This document shows, piece after piece, positions 1-11,400 of a stretch of DNA of 47,462 nt (its first letter is position 1; each line of letters begins with the position of its first letter). The position numbers were made by a program, and so were the translations under genes. The stretch comes from a virus. Under the pieces are notes generated by a model, which saw nothing but the letters and a program-made list of their open reading frames with translations, was not told the DNA's origin and ran no database searches. The stretch lies in UHGV virus genome UHGV-0128156; one strand, written 5' to 3'.

Positions 1-112
1 AAACAGGCGAGCCCTGATTTGAGGGGCCGCTTTTCGCTCAAAGCGGACTGTCAGAGTTAATTGCATTCTGCATGCACAAATTGTCAGTTGGGATCTGGGC
101 ATGTAAACATGA

Positions 113-1255
113 TTACTGGATTTCAAATGCAGATAATTTCTCCTCCAGTTCGTCTACTCGCTTAATCAGTACCTTTACCGCCGCGAGCGTATCCATCATG
201 ATCACGTTGTTGTCCAGTTGAAGAAATTCAGTTTCGATCTTTTCCCCGTCCTTCATGTACACCATTTTGCTGTTCTTGACGTACTGCGGATCAACGTCCT
301 GCGCCTGCTGCGCGATAATCCCCCGGCGCGTCCTTTCATGCTCATCGTCGTTATAGACGAACGTGACAAGCTCAAGCGCCCGGATGCGTTCGACTGACAG
401 TTGTCCGTCGGTCGGTTCAATGTTGTGCTTAAGGCGAGCGTCGGATGTTCCCTGAAACTGGACGAACCCTTTCGTGCTGTTCTGAATCCTTCCGTCTGGA
501 AGGAATGCAGTATATTGTACCGGAGCATTAAACCCGCGAACCTGAATCACTAACTTATGCGCTACGCCAACATGCTCCTCATACCAGATTGAGCACGCCC
601 CTGAATCACCATTATTGTCAGCACCTCGGTTATTGAACCGCCATGTCATAGCCGGGGATGCAATTATATCCCCCGTCGAGGCATTGGGCGGATCATTCTG
701 CAACATTGCGACATACGACTGGGCATAGCTGCCGTGATAGTTTGTGATAGTTCCTGCGTACACACCCAGGCCGCCATTCCTGATCCTCAGTCCGGGAGAG
801 ATAGTCAGCGCTCCGTCTTCAGTGATGATCCTGTGTGTAAAATCGGCCTCACTATTCCCATGATGAAAATCAATGTAAGGAGTATCAAAAAACAGCTCAA
901 GGCCATTTCTGATTGTCGCCTTCCCTCCGATATTCACCTGCTTCTCGAATGTGACAAGCTCTCTAAATGTGTTCACGGCGTTGAAGGTTTGCGACTTCGT
1001 CCACGTATTGGTGGCGGTATATTTGGCCTGATCCTTGTTGGCCGCCGTCAGCGCCGTGTCGATATTCTGCTGTCGTGTGACGTATTCGCTCAGGAACTGC
1101 GCCCACGACTTGACGGTGGCCGTCGTTCCGTCCGGCTTAGTGATTGTCACATTGCCTGCCCCGAACAAATATTGCTGTTGGTTCGCTAAATCAACATAAG
1201 TGCGGTCGAAGCACTTCTGAATGCTGGCCGCCAATTCGTCACTAATGTTAGCCAT
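113..1255 (-). CDS. Side tail fibre protein with C-terminal intramolecular chaperone (peptidase S74-like) domain
   Basis: The C-terminal motif ...SDARLKHNIEP... followed by a coiled C-terminus is the hallmark of the self-cleaving chaperone domain of phage tail fibres and endosialidases. The N-terminus DLANQQQYLFGAG is fibre-like. Confidence 0.75.
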   Translation of the reverse strand: MANISDELAASIQKCFDRTYVDLANQQQYLFGAGNVTITKPDGTTATVKSWAQFLSEYVTRQQNIDTALTAANKDQAKYTATNTWTKSQTFNAVNTFRELVTFEKQVNIGGKATIRNGLELFFDTPYIDFHHGNSEADFTHRIITEDGALTISPGLRIRNGGLGVYAGTITNYHGSYAQSYVAMLQNDPPNASTGDIIASPAMTWRFNNRGADNNGDSGACSIWYEEHVGVAHKLVIQVRGFNAPVQYTAFLPDGRIQNSTKGFVQFQGTSDARLKHNIEPTDGQLSVERIRALELVTFVYNDDEHERTRRGIIAQQAQDVDPQYVKNSKMVYMKDGEKIETEFLQLDNNVIMMDTLAAVKVLIKRVDELEEKLSAFEIQ

Positions 1256-1263
1256 AGTGCCCC

Positions 1264-1872
1264 TCAGTCATATTTACTGGAAAAAATGAACAGCGCCGTG
1301 GTCTGGTAAACAAAACCAGCTGGACCAGCGGATTGACCGGCAGGAATTGCGTTATTCGACAAGAAATTCCCATAGGCTCCAGTGAAACTTCTGAATATTG
1401 TCCACAGCTGTCCGGTTCGCTGAGAAATAAGCGAAGAGGCGCATGGCGAAACCGCAATAGGTTGACCCATATCGCGCGGTTTCATATTTCCACTAATCGC
1501 TGTGGTTTGTACTTCTAACGGTTTCATCCCCGCGTGATAAACCATCCGGCCTGACGCATCAAAAATAAAACCGCCATACCTGGGAACATCTATAACCATA
1601 TTTCCAAAGGCGTAGACCGTGATATTCCCTGTTCCTGTCGTTCGGATTATCTGAAGGCATTTAAACCCGTTTTGTGAAAATTCACGCGTGATACATACCG
1701 CGTCATTGTCAAAGCGAATGAAAAACATGCATTGCATGTTGTCGGGTATACGCGATTGAAAAACATATCCGTTATTACCAGGAATAACGACCCGGTCAAT
1801 AAGATTCATCGGCGTAAAGTCAGGACTCATCCACATGGCGCCGTTTTCATCGACAATTTGCATTCCATACAT
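1264..1872 (-). CDS. Hypothetical tail-associated protein (start uncertain; alternative ATG at 1863)
   Basis: Long ORF lying between the J/lipoprotein genes and the tail fibre gene, co-oriented with them. I do not recognise any domain. Confidence 0.4.
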   Translation of the reverse strand: MYGMQIVDENGAMWMSPDFTPMNLIDRVVIPGNNGYVFQSRIPDNMQCMFFIRFDNDAVCITREFSQNGFKCLQIIRTTGTGNITVYAFGNMVIDVPRYGGFIFDASGRMVYHAGMKPLEVQTTAISGNMKPRDMGQPIAVSPCASSLISQRTGQLWTIFRSFTGAYGNFLSNNAIPAGQSAGPAGFVYQTTALFIFSSKYD

Positions 1873-2149
1873 AATTAAGGACCGAAGAAAAAAACAATTC
1901 GTGACATGCTGGGGTCCACGCCGTTCCACGACGCGGCCCCTCCAGAAATGGATACTGAAGGTGAACTGCCTGGCGTTCCTTTCCAGTCCGCTGTACCCAC
2001 CACGTAATACCGTAGTGCTTTACCCGGTGGTGGATTTCCATAATTGACATAACCCGAAGCCTGCGTGTAAGAACCGAGAAAAAAAACCGGGGTGAATACC
2101 CCGGTTATATCCCTACCACTGGCGTCGTACATTCGAGCGCCGTAGCCCA

Positions 2150-2437
2150 TTATTTACAGTCCTTATTAGTAAATCCGGTCGCCAGCCAGTGCCCTACGGG
2201 ACGAACTGTCTGGCCAGGTGCAACACGCACCTGCATGCGACCAAAGCGGTCATACCTGACCGCATTGATTTTTAGCTGGTACTGCCCGTTTACCGGATAG
2301 GTGTTGATTTTGTATGTCACAGTGCATTCAGTTGGCTTGTAACGCTGGTCTGCACAACCACTAACCAGGATGCTAATACCGCCCACCAACAAAACGCAGG
2401 ACACCGTTTTGATCAAAAACTTTAAGCCCTGATTCAT
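2150..2437 (-). CDS. Small lipoprotein encoded immediately downstream of, and overlapping, the 3' end of J (possible Cor/Lom-position superinfection-exclusion or outer-membrane protein)
   Basis: MNQGLKFLIKTVSCVLLVGGISILVSGC gives a signal peptide with lipobox LVSGC. Its start lies 64 nt inside the J coding region in another frame. Confidence 0.5.
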   Translation of the reverse strand: MNQGLKFLIKTVSCVLLVGGISILVSGCADQRYKPTECTVTYKINTYPVNGQYQLKINAVRYDRFGRMQVRVAPGQTVRPVGHWLATGFTNKDCK

Positions 2438-5400
2438 CCAATTGAATCCTCCCTTGACCAGGTACATTGCTATTCATTTCGAAAGCCCCATTTTTTGGCA
2501 AACGCCAGCCGGTGGAGCCAGGTTGATAGTTTGTTGACTGCAGGCTGTCAGAAATCTGACCAAAGTTAATCGTCAGGTTACGGGCCATCGCCTGCTGAAA
2601 ATAAGCGCCGTTCCCGTCGATACCGAAGACCATATTTTTTTGATCGCCGTTAGGCACATAAACGCCAAACGTATCAGCCTGGACCAGGAACTGTGACTGG
2701 CCGCTGCCGTCAATCCCCAGCTGGATACCCGCCACGTAGTTATTCCCACCGGAAGACGTATTGACCTTAACGCCCCACTGCGCTCCCAATTTCCCGTTTA
2801 AATCCGCCACGGTGGATGCCGTCTGCTGAACGGTCGCAGACATATCCCCGACCTGCGAGGTCAGCGTGGTGATTTGCTCAGTGGTTGATTTTTCCAGGTC
2901 GGCAACGGTTTTGTTCGTCGTGGTGATTGCCGCGCTGTTGTCGCCAATCATGCTGCGCATCTGGTTAAAGCCGGTCGCCATTGCCAGGCCGTTAGATGCG
3001 ATGGTTTCGTCCTGCTTCGTGATGCGCGATTCTGCATCATCCACACGCGAGCCGAGGCTGGTGATTTGCCCTGCCTGCGCGGTGATATCCTTCCCTTGCT
3101 GGGTCACGGTCGCAGTCAGCTGGGTAACGGCGTTCGCGGCGCCAGTGGCGGTATCCTGCGCCTCCTGTGCGTCGGTCACATCGACAATGCTGATATCGTC
3201 CAGATGCAGCGAATAACCGGCTCCACCGTTCGCCCCCCTGGTGGAGATCCACATCTGCGCAATGCTCCGGTCGGCACCAACGGTCGCTACCCCCGTCAGG
3301 AGAACCCATTTACCGCGCGAGATGTTTGTCTCGGAGATACGGACGGCTTCCGGCCACTGGTTTGCGCCGCCATTCTCTCCGCGAGCAAAGAGGCCGACAG
3401 ACACGCTCCAGCCGTTCGGTGTCGACATATCGCTGGCCATGTAAGCCCAGAGAGAAAACCGATACTTACCGCCACCACGAACAGCAAGCCAGTTCCCGAT
3501 CATCTTGTCGCTGTTGCCGCTCTCGCCGTTGTTACGCGTGATTTTGAGCGACTTCTGGCCATTGCGGTAAACATCGGTCGAGACGCGCGCCAGCGAGCTG
3601 CTGCCCAGCTGCTGGTTTGCGGTGTACGACTCAAATGAGCCATCACACCAGGGGTTTAATCCCTGGCTCTGCAGCGCACCGATTGAGGCGTTGACCGACG
3701 TGATCGCGCTGGCATTAGAGGCAATATCTTTTCCCTGCTGTGTCACGGTCGACTGCAGGTTAGATACAGCGCCAGCCGTGGCATCGAGATCGACCCGGTC
3801 AGTAATATCGATAACGTACACATCGTCGATATAAATTTCGCCTGCATTCAAAAACGCGTTGATGCTGACCGACATGGTGCCGTCTTTAGTGGCGGTCCAT
3901 GTGTTGCTGTACTCCTGCCATACGCTGCCAGTCAGCATTGTGGCCGGGTCGAAGCGCGCCTCAACGATTACAGAGCTGTCGAGGTACGCAAATCGAACCT
4001 TGTTATTCGGCTGCGTGTTCGGCTGCATAGTCGACCCGGCCTTAGCCCGCAACCACGCGCCAAACTTGTACGTCCTGCCCTTAACAACAGTAATAACAGT
4101 GTCACTCGACAAAAGAGTCGCGGATGTAGCGGCGACATATTTCACGATTTTTTTGCCGCTATGGGGACTGGATGCCGCCATAATCGTCGTTGGTGCTGGC
4201 GCGGTCCAGTTGGTGAAGTCGCGCTCGAATCCTCCGTTTAAAATCAGGTTGCCCGTGATTTTGTTATCCACGTCAGCCATTGCTGCATTCAGGCTTGCAG
4301 AAACGGCGGTCGTGGCGCTGGCATTCGCAGCAATATCCTTGCCCTGCTGCGTGACCGTCTGCTGCAGCTGCGTGACCGCAGACGTATTTGCATCGATGGC
4401 CACCGCATCGGTGATGTCGTAAATGGCGATGTAGTCAATTTGAATGACCGATGCGTTCGGGTAGCAGTAGAGCGCAAAAACAGAGCCATCCACTGTCGCC
4501 GACGATGGCGCGCTAAACTCAGCGGCATACGTCGCCCAGGTATCCGTGGCGGAGAACTGCCGGTTTTCATAAGTCCCGGCCACATTCCCCAGGTAGTTAA
4601 ACCGGCGAACCATGAAATTCATCGCGCCGGATACTCCCTTCGCCTTAACGATGACCTGGTAGCGACGTGGGGTATTGTGTGGCAGCGGCGCTTTCTGGTT
4701 AGCAAAGAGGCCGGTATACAACGTGCTGTCGAGTTGCGTCATCTGGACGCCGGGTTTACCGTCGCCAAAGTCGCCAAACTCCACCTTGTTACGCGTATTC
4801 CCCTGGACACCCCACAGCGCCGATCCACTCATAAAATTAAAATCGTTTGCCAGGTTCTCGCCGCGATTGAGCATCGCATTCACCGCGCCGGTGACGGAGG
4901 TGATCGCCTGGCTGTTCGTTTCAATTTTCCCTTCCGCTGCCGTGGTTCGTTGCGTCAGGGACTGAATTGCGCTGCTGTTCGCGCTCTGCCCGGATTCAAG
5001 GTTCGACACTCGACCTGTAATGGCTGTAATAGCCTGGCCCTGGCTGGTGATAGTGTTGCCCTGCTGCGTCACTTTCGCATCCAGCTGGGTGACAGCACCG
5101 GCGGCAGCGTCGGCGGCAGTCTGTGCGCCCTGCGCGGCGGTGATCTCCCGGCAGTGGAAATCAGTTGCATACCAGACGGAGCCAAACGGCGCGTTCTGGT
5201 TCACCTGCAGGAATGGGCGCATATATCCGCGCGGGAAGTTAGCCGGGACCGTCCAGCGGTATTTTTTCTCCGTCCAGGTCTGAGTGGGCGCAACGCTACC
5301 CGGTAAAGCAGCATAAGCCACGGCACCCGTATTCGGTCCCGTAGCCGAGCCGATGTACATGTTAAATGCGGCGTTGGAACCTGCCTTTGCCGCTACCCAG

Positions 5401-8400
5401 ACCGAAATCTCGAATACCTGTCCCGCTTTTACCGGCCACGGTGGCGTATTGAGCTGGTGATCGCGTGAGGCCAGTCGCGCTACATAGCGACGCGGAGCGC
5501 CTGCCGGGATGTCAGCATCATACGGAATACCATCATCGTCGTTGCTGTCTACCGTATCCCGACGGGTAAAACCCATCGATGGATATGCGGGGTCAAATGT
5601 CGGGTTCAGGATGTAGTCGCCACCCGCTGCCGTCTGCGAATTCAGAGCAACATTAATCCCGGTGATCGCCGTTCCCTGCGATTCAATTTTACCCTCAGCA
5701 CTGGTGACGCGCGTATCAAGCTTGCTCACGGCATCGGCGGTGGCCGCTTTGGCCAGCCCTTCCTCAACCGTCGCTACGCGTCCTTTCAGGCTGGTTATGG
5801 CCTGGTTCGCCGCCGTAATATCCTTGCCCTGCTTGGTAACGGTGGCGCTGAGGTCCTGTACTGTCGAGCTATCGGCCTTCTGGTCGATTCGTTTCCCCAG
5901 GTCTGTGTTAACGGTATCGATTCTGCCGGTCAGTTGCGTTAGCGATTTACCCTGACTGGTAATCGTATCGCCCTGCTGGGAGACGGTTGTCTGCAGGTTG
6001 GTCAACGCTGTCGCGTTCGCATTAATATTTTCCTGGTCGGTAATATCAATGACGAACATGTCATCGATATAGAGCTCCCCGGAGGCAAGGCGAGCCATAA
6101 CGCTCATCTGCATAACGCCCGATTTATTCGCCTTCCACTTAGCAAATACTTCTGTCCAGACGGAACCAGTCTGCAGTTTTGTTGGGTCAATACGGGCTTC
6201 CTGAATCTGCGAATTGTCATTAAACGCAAACCGGAATTTGTTGCTTTGTTCGGAGCCAGTAACGATAGCCGTCCCGTCTTTCGCTCGTGCGAATCCTCCA
6301 AACCTATAAGTCCGACCAGCAACGACCGTCACGGTCGTGGTATTGCGTACCTCATCCAGCTGGTCGTTATGAGCTTTGAAGTAAAGAATTTTTTTACCTG
6401 AGCTGGGTTGTTGGGCCGTATCCACACGAACATCGGTCGTTGAACCTGTAACCCAATTATCAAAGCCACGCTCAAACCCACCATTCGGGATTAGGTTTCC
6501 GGCCAGCTTGTTGTCTGCGTCATGCTTCATCGCAGAAAGATCTGCTGACAGGCTCGTCGTCGCAGCAACGTTCGCAGCAATATCCTTACCCTGCTGCGTG
6601 ACGGTGGACTTCAGGCTATCCAGCGCGGCGGTGGTGGCTTTCTTCGCCACCTCGGCATTGGTGGTATCAATACACCCACTCAGGCTGGTGATCGCGCTGG
6701 CGTTGGTGGCAATGTCGTCACCGTTCTTCGTGACCTGCGACTGCAGGTCCTGCACCGCTGATGCATCGGCTTTACCAGCGATACCGTTTGAGGCGGTCAG
6801 CATGAAGCCCTGCAGGTAAACACGAGCGGTCGACGGCGTCCATCCTCCGCAGGCCATGCGCAGGTAACACCACCTCCCTTTGAAGTCATTCGGGATCGTG
6901 AACGTCAGCGTGCGGGTCTGGTAGCCGGTGGTGATGCCTGCAAACCAGTTGTTGTCCTGAGTAAGCCATGCGGTCGGGTTCCCCCAATTCTCAATCAGGC
7001 CCATCGTAAAATTCTGGGTCCCGATACTGATCGTCGCGTCGTCCGTCTTGAATCCGAAGGTGAGCGTCAGTACCTGACCGGCTTCGACCGGGATTTTTGT
7101 TCCGTTGGCGATTCGCATCGCCGGCTCGGTCGTGGTGAGACCTTTCATCACCGCGTCATAGACCGGAGCACCCGCGCCGGTGCCGGACAGCTGCCAGTTA
7201 TCCGCTTTATTAATCAGGTCGCCATTCAGCAGGAGGTTGCCGGTCGTAATCTGTGACTTGAGCGCCGTCGTCTGCTGCGCCGTGGTGGCCAGCGTATTCT
7301 CGGCAGTCGTGACGCGGGTCGTCAGTTGCTGGACAGCATCCGAGCTGGCGCTGTCTGCCGGTGCCTGGCTCCAGTCGCTCACAATATTGCCGGATTCAAA
7401 CATCGGAGAGCTGATCCACGCTTCGCGCGCTGCAGCTGCGCCGTCGAGTCTGGCCACAACGAGATACGCCGTCCCGGACAAGCCAGGTTTGCGTTTGTAT
7501 TTAACCCAATAGCGGCTCCAGGACGTGGAGAGCGTCACGGTCACATCGCCGTTATACCCGGCTGGACGCTCCACAATAACGCCCTGGCTGGTTTCAGCGC
7601 GGATAGTGGCATCCGGCGTATTCAGGAAACAACGAACCGGCGTCTTGTCCGTCTTCGCTTTCGCATAGAACGACAGAACATACTCGGTACCGTCAACCGG
7701 CGCGGCCAGCGTGTAGTCGAGGACGGCAAAATCAGTCGCTCCGGCGGCACGCGTCAGGATGCGAACCGCGTTACCCCGGTAACGTTCGGTTGTAGATGGC
7801 GATTTGCCGGTCAGTTCCCCGGAGTTGGGTATCAGGTTTACGCCGCCGATTCGGATGTTATCGACCTTCGATTCCACCCCGGCAATCTGGCTGGCGTTGG
7901 CCTGAACTTTGCCGTCGATAGTCTGGACGTCACCCTCGATTTTCTGGATGGCCAGCGTATGGCCAGCAATGACGCCGTTCGCTGAAACAAGGTCCGCTGC
8001 AACCTGATCCGTTTTCGAGGCAGTCGACTGCAGGTCGCTCGCCAGCGTATCCATGCGCTGGGTCGCCGCTGCAGTGGATTTATCATAATCGACGCGCAAC
8101 GTATCAACGCGGGAGCCGATGGCCTTCTCCGCCGTCACGCGGATTTTCCGCTCTTCGAAAAGCAGGCCAGAAACCAGTTTATTCGGGTCTGTCCCTTCCT
8201 CGTTGCCGCGCAGCTGCACCGCCAGTTGGTTACGCTCCATCGCCTCAGCTGAGTCGGCAGCAGTCATCGCCGTTTTCAGGTCCTGAATCTGCGCCTGCGA
8301 TGCGCCAGGAGTCGGGCGCCCAACGGCCAGCCAGTCAACGGCATAATAGTTATCGGCGTCAGCCGCTCCACCCTGTGAGAAGTCGAGACGCAGGCGGCGG

Positions 8401-11400
8401 ATGGTGCCGGAGGCCTGCCACGGGATATCCGGGATCGCGATAGTGCTGATGCCGGTGGCCGGGTCAAAATCCGGTGCTGGCAGCACCAGGCGGCGTCCAT
8501 CGGTCCAGCCGGTTTCATCAGCGCCAATCCAGTACAGCCGACCGCCCCAGGCCGGGTTGCCGACTTTCTTGATGCGCAGGCGGAGGTACTTATAGGCGCT
8601 GCCGTCAATCAGCGTGCCAGCGCCCGACGGGCTGCGCATGGTCGAAATGGAATCCGCAGGAAGGACCCACCCGTCGTCGTTCGTCGGGAGCGGTTTCGTG
8701 CCGCCGTCGTCAGAACTCCACCCCTCGTTGTCCTTGTCGAAATACCAGATTTTGAGACTGTCGAACTGCTCCCCGGTACCGGCTGAAATCGACGCCATCT
8801 GCTGCGCCAGGCTGTCAAAGCCATCCTGCATGGTGACGTTCGTCGTCTCAATCGCCGCTTCAACTTCGCGTTTGGCACTCAGCAGGTTATCGGCGGCCTG
8901 CTTCGCCAGGGCGGCATCGTCCGTTTCGGCTTTCGCCACCGCCGCCGCAGTATCGCTGGCCGCTTTCTGCGCCGTGGCGGCATCACCTGCAGCGCGGTCT
9001 TTCACTTCCTGCGCCAGCTTGTTGGTCGTGTCGTTAGTTTTGGCGATGTTGGTGGCCAGGTCCTTGCCCTGCTGCGTGACAATGGCCCCCTGTGCGGCGA
9101 CATCCTTCGCCGCCTGGTCAGCGGTTCCCTGGGCGGCGTCCGCAGCCTGTTGCGCGGCGTCGGCAGCAGCGCTGTTGTCCTGGATGCCTTTGTTCAGTTC
9201 CTCGTATGTATCCGAGCCTTTAAGCGCGTCGTCGAGCTGCTGGTAATAATCAGAAACGTTATCGCTGGACATTCCATGCACCCAGCTGGTCCACGGCGAG
9301 GCATTGCCCAGGCGGTCAACCAGGCGCGCGCGGTACCAGAACTGCGTGGCAATCTGCAGGCCCATCTGTTGATACTGTTTGCCCGGATACGCTAAATCGG
9401 TCAGCGGCATCGCACCGTTTCCACTCTGGTCCGGGCTGTACTGCAGTTCAGTTCGCTGGCTATCCTCTGCGCCTGCAGGGAATTCCCAGCGAATTTCGAT
9501 ACCTGCGGTCAGTGAAACGGTCGTCAGCGCCAGCGGCGGCAGCGGCTCGCCGACTTTCCCGGTCAGGGTCTTCTCTTCCGAGTACGCCCAGCCACTGGAA
9601 ATTTCCGCCGCGTTGATCGCACGGACTCGCACCAGATAGCGACCGGCATAAATGCCGCTGACCTCAAATGACGTGGTCGAGCTGCGCGGCACGTTAATCC
9701 AGTTGCCGTCATTGCGGCGCCACTGAGCCTCATAGGCGATAGCGTTTTGTACCGCGTCCCAATTGACCTGCAGGGTTTCGACGCTGATCCCCTGATTCAC
9801 CACGGAGAAGGACGTCAGGAGGATGCCATCTGGCGGAGCCTGGTTGCCAGGCGGGATAACACTAATCGGGCGCTGGTCGATGATTGCGCCGGTATCGATA
9901 CGAGCAAATTTATCCGGGTCGTGAGCCACGCCGGTAATGGTAAGCGTGCCGTTATTGTTGTCCTTTACACCGATAACGCGATACTGCTGCGGCACCAGGT
10001 CGGTATATTCGACGATCCAGACGCACTCCGCCTCTGGTGTCTCACTGTATCCCGTCGTGACCGTTACCTGCCGGCGGCCATTCACCGACAGGATGGCCCT
10101 AGCCTGCGAGATACCCGACGGCAGATTCAGATGCAGGCGGTCGCCTTCTTTTGCATCGATATCACGGTCGAGCGTGATGACGCGTCCATTCACCGCGCTG
10201 ATACGACCACCATTAACTCGCCCGGCCAGCCGTTCATCGCCCAGGCCAATGATGTAACCAGGCTGTGGGATCCTGCCGTCCAGACCAACATCAATTTCGA
10301 CCATACGGTCCTTGTTGTTGGTCAGAATGGCCCATAACCCTTTACGATGGGCTTCACTCTGCCGCGTACATCCAATGGCCGTGACTTCCACCTGATTAAA
10401 GCTGTAACGGGAAACCAGTTCCGGGATAAATGCGGGCTCCATCGCATCGGCATAGGCGTTATCCGGGTCAGACCATGAAACTAGCGCATTGGTGTACCGC
10501 GCCTTACTGGTGCTGCTGGAATAGCGCGGGCTACCGATAATATTTGCGCGCGTATAGTTGAAATCGACATCACGCGGCATATCGGCCTGCACGATAATCT
10601 GCTCACCACTCCAGCAGGTCATACCCCGGAAAATAGCAGCGAAATCGCGTAGTACGGTGTAGGCGTCGTTGCGTTCCTGGACATAAACGTTACAGGTATG
10701 GCGAGGCTCCATACCATCACCGCCCCTGCCATCGGGTATCAGCTGATCGCAATACTGCGCAATCGGGTAAAGCGCCCATTTGGAGATATTCGCGCTGGTC
10801 AGACGATCGCCAAGACCGAAACGATCAGAGACAATAATGTCGTAATAAATCCATGCCGGGTTATCAGTCCATGCCCATTTGAAGCCCCCTGTCCATGTGC
10901 CGGTATATTCGCGCGTTTCCGGGTTGTAGTTATCCGGGACACGGATAACACGCCCGCGCGGCTCGCAGGAGATTTGCGGGATAGAACCATTGAACTGGCT
11001 GGAGTCGAATTCGATGTACAGCAGAGCGGTATGTGGGTAACGCAGTTTCGCGTCAATAACCTCGGTGTAGCTCTGTAGCGTCATGACATCGCCGATTTTG
11101 ACGCTGTTCGCGTCCGGCGATACCTTGCGAAGACGCAGCGTCCAGGTGCTGCCTGCCTGCGGTAAATCTATACGGTGGCTACGTTCATACCCGGAAGTCG
11201 TTTTGCCGGAGGCTGCGGTTTCCAGTACGGTCTGCCAGGCTTCGCCATCCGTCTGTAAATCGATGGCGTATTTAACGGTATTCCCCACCACATCGCCGTC
11301 GTCTTCCTGTTTCATCAGGGATGGCCATTTCAGGCGGACGCGAACGGCAGAAAGCTGGGTATTGGTGAATGTGTGGGTCCAGGCGGTCTCGCTGGAAACT

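Noticed and set aside
1-112. Inverted repeat CCGCTTTtcgctcaAAAGCGG downstream of the tail fibre gene
   Set aside because: No U-tract on either strand, and the window ends before any context is visible.
253-1189. ORFs of 91 aa (minus) and 151 aa (plus) inside the tail fibre gene
   Set aside because: They are nested within a 380-aa ORF that has a clear tail-fibre / S74-chaperone signature.
3084-9095. Regularly recurring 25-45-bp repeat that could be mistaken for a CRISPR array
   Set aside because: Copies are irregularly spaced (0.1-2.9 kb), lie inside one long ORF and encode a conserved peptide motif.
2866-9246. Numerous plus-strand ORFs (70-290 aa) inside the J gene, several containing the recurring peptide ISLPCCVTV
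   Set aside because: They are the reverse-complement shadow of the repeated V(T)QQGKDI coding motif within a 9.3-kb continuous minus-strand ORF. They have no RBS or start context.
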